The notes beneath the pieces were generated by a model, which searched no databases, was not told the DNA's origin, and saw only the letters and a program-made list of their open reading frames with translations. DNA of 58,500 bases, counting the filler, from Basidiobolus ranarum (Eukaryota): NCBI GenBank assembly GCA_040143965.1. It is 9 parts of 9 records of this genome, joined end to end, with 100 filler letters (N's around TTAATTAATTAA, not from the genome) between each part and the next. Parts side by side here need not be neighbours in the genome. Positions count along the whole stretch, not along the records: positions 13,064 to 19,480 come from JASJQH010008193.1; positions 19,581 to 25,989 come from JASJQH010008194.1; 7 more parts are not named here. One strand, 5' to 3'. Shown piece by piece: positions 14,249 through 24,184 of this stretch. The number at the start of each line of letters is the position of its first letter. Position 1 is the first letter of the stretch. Made by a program: the position numbers and the translations under genes.

Positions 14249-15940
14249 TTAATCGACTGACTGGTAGCTATGCAGTGCTGCAATCTCATCGATTGAACGG
14301 CCTTTAGTTTCAGGAACCATCAGATAAATAAAGATGAGAGCTATTCCGTTGGTGACGGCAAAAATAATAAACGACTTAGCCCCAAAGGTACTGATTAACG
14401 TAGGATATATGAATACGACAATAGAATAGCATCTAAGAAACCAGCTTCATGTTAGACATTGTACGTGGGTGTTAAAAGCACATTTTATACTTACGCCCAG
14501 TTTGTAGAGGTCGCTATAGACACCACTATCCCGGCTGCCCAAGTAGGAACCAGCTCAGCAATAATCATGAATGGGATAGTGGCTGATCCAATACTAAAGC
14601 TAGATGTATACAGAAAGACTGTATGATAATTGAGGTTAGAACTCGTGAGGGAAGTACGGAAAGCAGTAAAACTCACCGGAAACTGTATTTAAGACCACCA
14701 AATCTGCCATATCACCAATAATAAGCAATAGACAAGACACAAACATTCCGCCTGTGCTGATTAATAATAACGGACGGCGTCCGCTTTTATCAATTAACAT
14801 GGATGAACACAAGTTAAGAATAACGTTGAGTGCTGCAATGCATATGGTCATATAGGGAGCAAGTTCTGGCCCTATTGTTTGACGAAACATCAATGTCGAG
14901 TATAGCGTCACCCCATTTACTCCAGATAACTGCTGAGCAATATGAAGTCCCATACCGATAAACAACATCTTTCGAACATATTCATCGCTCATTATATCAC
15001 TCATCCGCTCTCTTAGAGTTCCACTTTTGGATGCATTCAATGAATGCTCTGAGCCGTCGCCTTGAACACCAGAAACCATGTCATCGAATTCATTCTCGAT
15101 GTAACACCCTTTACGAAGTTTTTGCAGTGATTTCCGAGCTTCAATAACTCGATTTTTAGAGAGCAGGTACCGGGGTGTCTCAGGGCAAAAGGCAAGAAGG
15201 AACATCTGGATTCCAGCGAATACAATGGTGAGCCCAAATAACACTCTCCACAATGGAACCGTAGCCAGCCCAAGGCCTGTTATTTGCGAGATTAAAATAC
15301 CCAAAGCGATGGAGACTTGAAGCAAGGTCCCCATAGCACCACGATATCTAATCGTCGAACTTTCAGCGATATAAATTGGACCCACAACAGTAGAAGTTCC
15401 ACTACCGAGGCCGATGAGGAATCGACCAGTCGCAAACATGGTGGTATTTACTGACAGCCCAATCATGAGTCCTCCAACGACGAAATTTATATTATTGAGC
15501 AAAAGGGTTCTCTTTCTACCCAACTGATCTGCTACAGGACCGGCCGCGAGTCCACCTATCAAACCTCCTATTTGCATAATAGCAACATTAAAACCCCTTC
15601 AATTATTTTGAGAAAAATATTTCAATACCAATGATAGTTGTATGCATATTATTCGTTGAGGGCCATACCAAAGTAAATCTCCCATGGGCAGACAATCTGG
15701 AAAAATTCCTGACAAATGTTGTTCTTCGCAGCCTCGAACCACTTTTTCCGAAATATTGGGGGAACCAGTGTTCCAACCTTTGTTAAAAGAAGCCATAGTG
15801 GCTACTAAAACTGATAGAAAGACTACCATTGTCATTCCCTTTTCTCTAGAATCGATGATTCTTTCATTGGTGGTTGACGATTTGGAAGCATCTTTACGAA
15901 CCACGGGTGTCCATTCATTATCCGTTGACTCCAAGGACAT
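14249..15940 (-). CDS. MFS sugar porter (GLUT/hexose transporter-like), ~4 exons
   Basis: DQLGRK, GRFLIGLG, PIYIAE..RYRG, PETPRYL, QQLSGVN, IDKSGRRPLL and VPETKGRS motifs; GT-AG introns; TAA at 14249-14251. Confidence 0.92.
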
Positions 15941-18900
15941 TGGTGTAGAAGGATTACAGCGATGAATCTACATTCAGATATTTGTTAGGAAGTTATTATA
16001 TAAGATAGACATGGCATAAAATTGCCAAGTTATGTAATAATGTATATGGATAAGTTTAGTACAACCATGATATTATCTCTCATCTCATCAGATAGATATT
16101 TGTTCAACTTCCTCTGGCTTACATATTAATATTATTGTGGAGGAGCTTGCTAGTCAGCACGAAATTAAGATTAGATTGTTAGATTAAGGTCAATAAGATG
16201 GAACATTTCTTATTTCCCCTCATCAGTCGCAGCTAGTACATACATACATATATTTATATATACATGTATATTCTAGGATAAGCGATCTTCATCACTGAGA
16301 CCTGATCTTAATATATCGATGCCAATAATGTACTAACAGGGACAAATTCAATGCTAATTAGTGTTTGTGACGGATATTATCAGGCTGCGTGATGCTGCGA
16401 TCATATATGTATGTACAGTCCAACCATGACCGCGGTGGGAACTGAATACTGGATCTCATTCAAATCAGCGAGATCGATAGCATCGATTATTTTTTCACCT
16501 TGATACCCATAATAGTGACGCCAATACGATAGTTTTCAAATCAATAAATCAAGGTTTTCAAAGAGAGTTGAATCTTACTCTGATTGTATTTTGTTAATGA
16601 ACGATGAGAACTGCGCATATATCAAAGCGGCATTTCAAATGTGGTTTCTATACATGATGGTGGGAAGAGGAGGAGATGCTCAGTTCAAGTAATTATGCTA
16701 CAAGGCTAATTGTTCTGAAAAGTGTGAGGAAGAGAGTGACCCGTTTAGTTCTTAACAGTCTTGTGTGCCCGCGGCTGGGACACGGTAGCAAAAAGATAAT
16801 GTTCAGTGCGTTAATTAGTCAAGACGGTTTACTAAAGGTGAATAGGGCCACTCAATCCCTAGAGGTAAACAAAATCAAGATAATGATTCTGGTCAAGCTA
16901 GGGGATATTCATAAATTAAAGAGCTCGAGAAGAAAGGAAATAGGAGTTCCTTTCTTAGTTGGCTTATCCTCATAGTGCTCGGAATCCAGTTCGAGAACTT
17001 CATATCGAGGGAAGGAAATATATTCTGATTGCCGAAAGTTCTTTTCACTATCAATGCAAACAGACCCTTTGCAGGTAGTACGACAGACCATGCGTTTTAA
17101 GGAGCTAGAAAGAGTTTCTATTTGAGTGGTGTTAAGAGTAGCATGAGCTAGCGCTATACTAATTCCTTTATGTTCCGGTGTGGTATTAACAGGAACCCAA
17201 GCCTCAACTTGGTTAATTGAAGTTTTGTGTAAACTCATTTGCTTGCAACCGGGCATACTTCTTGAGGTTATTCAGTTTCGTGGCTTTGAGTGAAGGGGCA
17301 GTTGCTTAGGTGAACTAAGTAGCAGGAAATAAAATGGTAAAGAGGATTTATCACAAAGAACGAAAAACAACGTCAAAAGCTCAATAGCCGAGCAGATGGT
17401 TCTTACTATGAGCCAACTGCTGATATTTAAATGTTCACTGACAATTGTAAGAAGTCTTAAACCCGCGTTCCTATTTGCTACAATATTCCTGAATAGAAGA
17501 ATGTTAGCGCAGCGCAAGAAATGATTGGATAAGTATAGCCAACCACCGGTGTTTCGCCTGTAGCAAAGCCCAAGCTAGGCTAATCCAATGGCCAGGTATC
17601 TCGATGACAAGGGTACATAGTGCGATTCATTCATGATCGCTTACAAAACGCATCAAATGAATGACTTTGTGGTGAAGTAGATCAGGGGGAACATGCTACA
17701 ACTCAGAAACGTTGCTGATCAGTGCCCGACTTGAATCGAGCCAAATAAGGGATAGTATGATGTGGGTATTTCATTTAGGGGGTAGCTCCCCAATACAAGA
17801 TAGTTAGATTGGTTTAAAGCCTGCATAAGCTTACTGTTCTCATTCTACTATATAGGATCACTTCAAATGGTAAGCGAGCATACAACTGTGAGCATTCTAC
17901 TGGTCAGTGGAAAGCCAATCAAAGGCTGGGCCATTAAATGACTAGGACAGCAGTCAAATTCCTAAATCAAATATTCATTTCACCAACCTAGTCTGATTGA
18001 ACTAGTCCTATACCACTGAGGGAGTTGACTCTTTACCATATTGGGATAGTCATACATCAACTCGGTCATTGGCAAACTACCGAACTGGAAAGGTCTCAGA
18101 GCTAATGGAAAGCGGAAAACATTCTCCAGGTTGGATACTTGCGTCCCATCTACTTTAATTAGCAGATGAAAACAACTGTCCATGGCGAATAAAATAGGTG
18201 ACTTGGGAGCTGTATCCACGTCTCGAATGATAAGAGCCTCTATGCCCATCAAAACACAAGTAATCGAGGCGGTGGGGTGTGCATAAGGAGCACAACCTAT
18301 GAAGACTTGGGCTAGGCTATAACGCAAGATATCCCGGAATATTATATTCTCTGTTGTATTACGGAACACTATTTAATATCTGTAGTGTAAACACAGATAA
18401 GTGCAATCTCAACCTATTTTAGCTATTACCAGGATTCCTTTCGTGATCCTAGTGAGTTTGGTTGGTACGTAAGAGTTATATTTTTAGAAGTGAGCTTTTC
18501 GAAAAAGACACGCGTAGTACCCATGACGCCAGCCATGGCCGCTAGCCATAAATATAATACTGTTGAGAGACTTGGTAGGTAGTGAATGTCCTAAATTATC
18601 ACGACATTGCGTCTGTCTATAGACATGTGGGTGATAAAGTGGTCCTATGGAACAAATTCGAAACTAACAAATCTTGGAATTGTCATAGAATCCCTGATAG
18701 AACCGATAACATTATTTTGAATCGCTTTGGCTTGACTCAAGATACGCACAACCTCTGACTAATTTGAATACATAAGCACGCACTTACAAGAAAATCGCCG
18801 ACTTGGCAGATAATCGGGATATCTTTGCTCAGCATATCGAGAACTTCCCAGACCTATATTTTGTTCCATCGGCGTTACTGGAGCTTTATCACTCCATCGG

Positions 18901-19860
18901 TGTTGGTGATAGCATCCAACCTGTCTATGAGGCATGTATAGTTTCAGTCGCGGGAGTCATCCCTGCATGGAACCATTCTCGATAAAATTCAATTTGGTAG
19001 CTCATGGAAAGGCTCCTATTTGCTGACAGTGTTTTCAGATGCATAATTGCTGCAAGAGGATTCCATGGATGCTTCCATAATTTGCAATCCATATGACTGC
19101 AGACCGAGCCATATGAAACCAATCTCACTAAGAACAATCAGTCACACTGGGCTGTGCTAGAATCTAAAATTAAGCCCATCTCCATTGGTCCTTGTTGTTT
19201 GCTTAACTAAACCATTTTCAATTTAAGTGCAATTTATGCGTTGGGAGGCTTCCTTTTCAATTCAATCCCAATTGTAGCCCTGTCTAAAGACGTGATCGAT
19301 ATCGGCAAGGGGGATCAGAATATCACCCTGGCATTTCAGGGTGGCTTATAAGTGATTGATCCAGAGCTTACTAAATGCCGGATCGCTAGCTATACTGATC
19401 CTATTATGTTATGCGAAGTAAGCTTAATATGCAGAGCAGCTTAAACCTTTGTTTCAGTTATCCTGTTACTAGTGTACCCGNNNNNNNNNNNNNNNNNNNN
19501 NNNNNNNNNNNNNNNNNNNNNNNNTTAATTAATTAANNNNNNNNNNNNNNNNNNNNNNNNNNNNNNNNNNNNNNNNNNNNAGCCCCTCTTTTACTTTCTA
19601 TCTAGAAAAGTTTTGCTTTGGATATTCTAACAGTGTCTGTTGTCATTGACCGAGACAGAGAATAGGCAGTACGATATGTATGCGCTCACATTAGTAACCA
19701 ACTATTATACATTGCATTGAGAGTACCGAAATGAACACAGTGAACAGAAATTAGGTGATGTGTCATAAATCTTCAACCTGCGCCATTGCACGAGCTAAGG
19801 TGAGTGGTTGGCATAAACATTTACAAGTTGATGTATACCTTTGTCCCCATCAAAAAGTAT

Positions 19861-19932
19861 GGTTTCGTGGTGTAACGGTTAGCACCCAGGACTTTGAATC
19901 CTGTAATCCGAGTTCGATTCTCGGCGAGACCT
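19861..19932 (+). tRNA. tRNA-Gln (TTG)
   Basis: Acceptor GGTTTCG/CGAGACC, anticodon arm CAGGA-CTTTGAA-TCCTG, T arm CCGAG-TTCGATT-CTCGG, downstream TTTT. Confidence 0.95.
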
Positions 19933-20005
19933 CTTTTATCTACCTCACGAAGAGCTCTTTTGAGTCTGTCTCCGCAAGTACCAGCAAATTGTATATTCAT
20001 TCTCC

Positions 20006-20031
20006 TACTACTACTACTATTACTACTACTA
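20006..20031 (+). repeat. (ACT)n microsatellite
   Basis: tactactactactattactactacta. Confidence 0.8.
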
Positions 20032-20091
20032 GTGAACTCAATAGTCAAGTAGTTTGAACTTGTTTTCAAAGAGAGCCTAATTTTCAATTGA

Positions 20092-20173
20092 GACGACATG
20101 GCCGAGTGGTTAAGGCGTATGACTAGAAATCATATGGGCTCTGCCCGCGCAGGTTCAAATCCTGCTGTCGTCG
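20092..20173 (+). tRNA. tRNA-Ser (AGA)
   Basis: Acceptor GACGACA/TGTCGTC, anticodon arm TATGA-CTAGAAA-TCATA, long variable arm GGGC-TCT-GCCC, T arm GCAGG-TTCAAAT-CCTGC. Confidence 0.95.
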
Positions 20174-20178
20174 AATTT

Positions 20179-20252
20179 GCTCGCATAGCTCAGTTGGTTA
20201 GAGCGTGGTGCTAATAACGCCAAGGCCGCAGGTTCGACCCCTGCTGTGAGCA
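20179..20252 (+). tRNA. tRNA-Ile (AAT)
   Basis: Acceptor GCTCGCA/TGTGAGC, anticodon arm TGGTG-CTAATAA-CGCCA, T arm GCAGG-TTCGACC-CCTGC, followed by TTCTTTTT terminator. Confidence 0.95.
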
Positions 20253-20577
20253 TTCTTTTTCTGTTTTCGTTTGGTTCTGCATTCGCTTTTCTTTGGTTAA
20301 CTTGATATTGATGTCAGGGCAAGGATAACTATTGGGATATTCCATGCGCGCAGCCTTTTTTGCCTAGCTATCTCATCCATCTAGTCACCATTATGCCGTT
20401 TGATAACATACTCAATGCTGACTGCTATTGCAAATAAATTATGTTTTAAGATATCTATACACAAGCATAATATGTGAACCTTCGTCGAGCTTGATCAAGC
20501 ATTCAATATGAATGGATTATGTGTGCGCAATGATTTAGGAATGTGAGATACTAACCAAGATTGAACAACATATGCAA

Positions 20578-20591
20578 TCTCGGATAGTATA
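20578..20591 (+). repeat. Left target-site duplication (= tRNA-Asp nt 1-14)
   Basis: TCTCGGATAGTATA is identical to 25830-25843. The exact TSD/tail boundary is ambiguous within the TA run. Confidence 0.93.
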
Positions 20592-20797
20592 TATATATGG
20601 GTCTTTTTATTCATTTAGGGTGTTGTGTGTAGTAACAAATGGAAAAGGGAATAGGGTTTGAGTGAGGCCTGTATTTCCGTATGTTGCCTCCGACTTGTAG
20701 TAACCTTAAAGTTATACACGCAGCCGTGGGGCAATATGTTGTTTCTGACACTGGTGAGCTATGGTGTAATAAGGATGTAGAGTGGTAGTTATCTTAT

Positions 20798-23700
20798 CTA
20801 TTTCTTTCGTGGTTGGATGCCAATAGTGTTGTGGATTTTCTGACGTTGTTTAGGTGATAAGGGGTATTTCACTAGTTGTGCAATGCGTTCTAGGCATTGA
20901 AACATCTTCTGAATGAGGTTGTCTGTGGGTGAAATTTCAGGGCCTCTACTTGCTATGTCAATGATGGGGCATGGTATGTGGCCGGGTGTGGGTAAAATGG
21001 TGTTTGTGTGGGAGCACTCCAGAATGTGGGAGCGAGTGATCTTTGTGTCGCATTTAATACAGTTATTGTTGCCGTTGATCATGGTGCCGGCTATCCAATG
21101 TAGAAGGATTAGTTTGCTGCATTCGGGGATGTGCGCGTTGAGCCAACGGCGCATTGTAGAGGTCATGTGATAGCCGCTGATAGCTTCTGGTATTATAAAC
21201 TTAGCTCGTTTATAGCCATATGTTTTGGAATGTTGTAAGGTGTGGAGGTCTTTTAATGCCCATTTGGTCCAGTATTCAGGATGAATTGAGGTCGTGGGGT
21301 CCGGCCGTTGGAGTAGTTGACACTTAAGTACTTCCTTGGTGATGTCACGCCATATAGGATTGCTTTCTAATTGCCTGATGAGGGACCGGCTGGGTTCAAT
21401 GCGCTTGATCTTTCGATGGATCCAATGGCCCAGGTGTGATTTGTTGGTATGCAAGTATCGGCTTAAAAAGCAGCATTTCTGCCATGCCAGTAGTAAGTTG
21501 GTGGAGGGGAGATCCAGAATCCATTGCCAGAGTCTAGTCGGGGTGGAGCTTCCGCCACCTACCATATTACGAATGCAGTTGAGAATTATTTTGTCTAACT
21601 GTTTCTCTATATTAACGTTGGTGCTGGTTAGCCATGTGCCGTATTCAAGTGAACTGTATATAAATACTCGTAGGAGATGGATGTTAGTACGTATCATGAA
21701 ACCGTGTCTTTTCATTCCAATTTGACGAAGGGTTCGGGCTGTATTTTTTGCCTTCTGTATGCGGTCGTTGGCCTGAATCTGGCTGTTGATGCCTTTTGTG
21801 TCGATTTGGACACCGAGATATTTGGCGTTTGTGGCAGTGGGTATTTCCTCGCCATAGATATACAAGTTAGATCTGGGTTGTTGACTTATTACGATGCATT
21901 TAGCTGGTTTCCATCGGTATCCGTTTGCATTTGAGTGTTCTTCGCATTTCTGTAAAGCGAGTTGCGCTTTTTCTGGTGTAGTGATGGTGATGACGTCGTC
22001 CACATAAAGGAGTGCGTTTACATGTAACGTGGTTGATAGGTCTACACCACCTAATGCAGCGCGGATATGATTAGGTAGGTCATCTAAGAATATGTTGAAG
22101 AGTAATGGACTAAGCAGAGATCCCTGAAGGATTCCGGTAATGGGGGTTATGAGGTTGGTAAGCGCGCCGTTAACAATGACTCTGAAGGAACAGTTGTCAT
22201 ATAAGCTACTGATGGCTTTGAGGGGTTTGCGTTGGAAACCTTTGTTTGCGCATTTTTCCCATAGTATAGGGCGGTTGACCGAGTCAAATGCCGCGGATAT
22301 GTCTAATAGTGCCATCGTGGGTGTAACCTTTTTGTGTTCCATGATATTGATTAGTTCTTGGAGATTTACTATTTGGTCAATGGTGCCTCGTCGTGCTCGG
22401 AATCCTCCTTGACAGATGTCAAGCTGATTCAGCTGCTGTTCGTTGATCCATGTTAGAATGATGCGTTCAAAAAGTTTGCGCATGACGTTAAATAAGGAAA
22501 TGGGACGGTGATTGGTAATGCTTGTTCGGAGTCCTTTTCCTTTGTACAGCGGAAAGAGGTGAACTTCTCTCCAGTTGGATGGTGTGTATCCTGTGTTAAT
22601 GACTAGGTTGGTAAGCTTGGCAAAGCACTCATTAAATTGTGTTGTGAGGGTTTCGTCCCACTGGAGAAATTTGATAACTTCAATTGATATTCCGTCAGGA
22701 CCTGGTGCTTTCTGGTTGGGAAGTGTTCTCCATGCGTTTTCCACGTCTTCTGTGCTGACTTTGATTTGCTGTGTGTCCTTCATATCTTCCCAGAAATGTG
22801 AGGATGGCTCGGATGGTAGGTTTGTATTGTTGTTGAACATATTTTGATAATACTGTTCGACTTCTTTGTCAATTTGTAGATTAGGGTCATCTGCAGTTAG
22901 TATGGTGGCTTGTGACCGGGGTTTGATGAGGTTTTTAATGGTTTTGCTCATTTGGGATAAGTCGCTGATGCCTAGTCGTATACTGAAGTTTTGAAATCGT
23001 TTCCGGCGTTCCTTGTCTAGTTGTTTGCGGAATGCGTGTTGGGCTATGATATATTGAGACCAAATGGCGTCTGCGTGTGGTTTACCTTGGTTACGTGTCC
23101 ATGATCGGTGCAGTTTGCGGCGTGTCTTCATTAATTGTTCCAGTGTGGATGACCAAAACCATTTCCAGTTGGTTTTGCGTGGTGTAGTTTTACCTGTGGA
23201 GGATATGGTTTGTGTGAGAAACCAGATTAGTTTGTTAGATATGTTTTCAATATGTTGTTCAGGGGTTGTCATGTCGGGTGCATTGATTTGCATGATATCG
23301 GGGTACACTTGATGCATTGCTAATTTGGCTTGAGTCAGGCATTGATGTTTGATATCGTGTGCCATAGATCCATTTGTCTCGGTTGGGTATGATCGAGATG
23401 TTCGATTTTTTACTTTGCCTTTTTGTGGGAGTGGCAGAGCCCAGATTTTCCAACGGGGTTGTACGTATGTGGGTACTTGGGTTGGTGTGTTATTGTTGGT
23501 GATGGTGAATGTGACAGGTGAGTGTTCTGTGCTTCCGATAGAGTATGGTGCTAGGATTTCGTTATGTATTATGCGGTGGGCGGCATAGGTGTTAAAGAGT
23601 ACATGATCGATGGTACTCTGTCCTCGGTTATTGTGGAAGGTGGGTCGTTCTACTGCTGGAGGCTTGCGACTAATATTGAATTGGTCCATTAATCGGATGA

Positions 23701-24184
23701 GGGTGTGTCCCAGGACGTTGGTGCGAGTGTCTTGTGCTAATGGACCTATTCGAGCATTGAAGTCACCACACCAGATGCACGGTTTCGTGGTGTTGTTTGT
23801 AGGGAATAGTTGTTCAAGATGGGATGTGGGTGAGTTGGGCGGGATATAACTGAAGCACATGGTGATTCCTTCTAGTTCGAACCAGACTGAATCGGTCAAG
23901 TCGTCTTCTTTAATTAGTTTGAATTTGTTGATTTTGGTTGGTGTGGCCTGTAAAATGATGAGACCGCCTTTTGGTCGTCCGCCCCCTGTGGTATTAGGTT
24001 TGGTGGCTGCTTTGAAGTATAGTGTGCGGTCCTGGAAGTAGCTCTTTGGTAAATGTGTTAACCATGTTTCGTTACACAGTAGAAATTGGGTATTATTGTG
24101 GTCTAGGTATCGATTAATCTCGGGTATTTTGTTACGTATTCCTCCTACGTTAAGGAATGTGATGCTAGTGGTGATGTGTTTCAT
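20798..24184 (-). CDS. LINE ORF2: AP endonuclease + reverse transcriptase + C-terminal CCHC zinc knuckle
   Basis: EN motifs FLNVGG, NETWL, GDFNA, PTF, TIDH, TEH. RT motifs KAPGPDGI, HRPISL, QGGFR, LDISAAFDSV, GILQGSLLSPLLF, LYVDD, KYLGV. Knuckle CIKC-x7-H-x3-C. An in-frame upstream ATG at 24211 is also possible. Confidence 0.95.
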   Translation of the reverse strand: MKHITTSITFLNVGGIRNKIPEINRYLDHNNTQFLLCNETWLTHLPKSYFQDRTLYFKAATKPNTTGGGRPKGGLIILQATPTKINKFKLIKEDDLTDSVWFELEGITMCFSYIPPNSPTSHLEQLFPTNNTTKPCIWCGDFNARIGPLAQDTRTNVLGHTLIRLMDQFNISRKPPAVERPTFHNNRGQSTIDHVLFNTYAAHRIIHNEILAPYSIGSTEHSPVTFTITNNNTPTQVPTYVQPRWKIWALPLPQKGKVKNRTSRSYPTETNGSMAHDIKHQCLTQAKLAMHQVYPDIMQINAPDMTTPEQHIENISNKLIWFLTQTISSTGKTTPRKTNWKWFWSSTLEQLMKTRRKLHRSWTRNQGKPHADAIWSQYIIAQHAFRKQLDKERRKRFQNFSIRLGISDLSQMSKTIKNLIKPRSQATILTADDPNLQIDKEVEQYYQNMFNNNTNLPSEPSSHFWEDMKDTQQIKVSTEDVENAWRTLPNQKAPGPDGISIEVIKFLQWDETLTTQFNECFAKLTNLVINTGYTPSNWREVHLFPLYKGKGLRTSITNHRPISLFNVMRKLFERIILTWINEQQLNQLDICQGGFRARRGTIDQIVNLQELINIMEHKKVTPTMALLDISAAFDSVNRPILWEKCANKGFQRKPLKAISSLYDNCSFRVIVNGALTNLITPITGILQGSLLSPLLFNIFLDDLPNHIRAALGGVDLSTTLHVNALLYVDDVITITTPEKAQLALQKCEEHSNANGYRWKPAKCIVISQQPRSNLYIYGEEIPTATNAKYLGVQIDTKGINSQIQANDRIQKAKNTARTLRQIGMKRHGFMIRTNIHLLRVFIYSSLEYGTWLTSTNVNIEKQLDKIILNCIRNMVGGGSSTPTRLWQWILDLPSTNLLLAWQKCCFLSRYLHTNKSHLGHWIHRKIKRIEPSRSLIRQLESNPIWRDITKEVLKCQLLQRPDPTTSIHPEYWTKWALKDLHTLQHSKTYGYKRAKFIIPEAISGYHMTSTMRRWLNAHIPECSKLILLHWIAGTMINGNNNCIKCDTKITRSHILECSHTNTILPTPGHIPCPIIDIASRGPEISPTDNLIQKMFQCLERIAQLVKYPLSPKQRQKIHNTIGIQPRKK

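Noticed and set aside
16600-19480. Several 60-130 aa ORFs
   Set aside because: No motifs or coherent exon chain found.
19755-20099. ORFs of 100 and 92 aa over tRNA-Gln
   Set aside because: They overlap a clear tRNA and a microsatellite; spurious.
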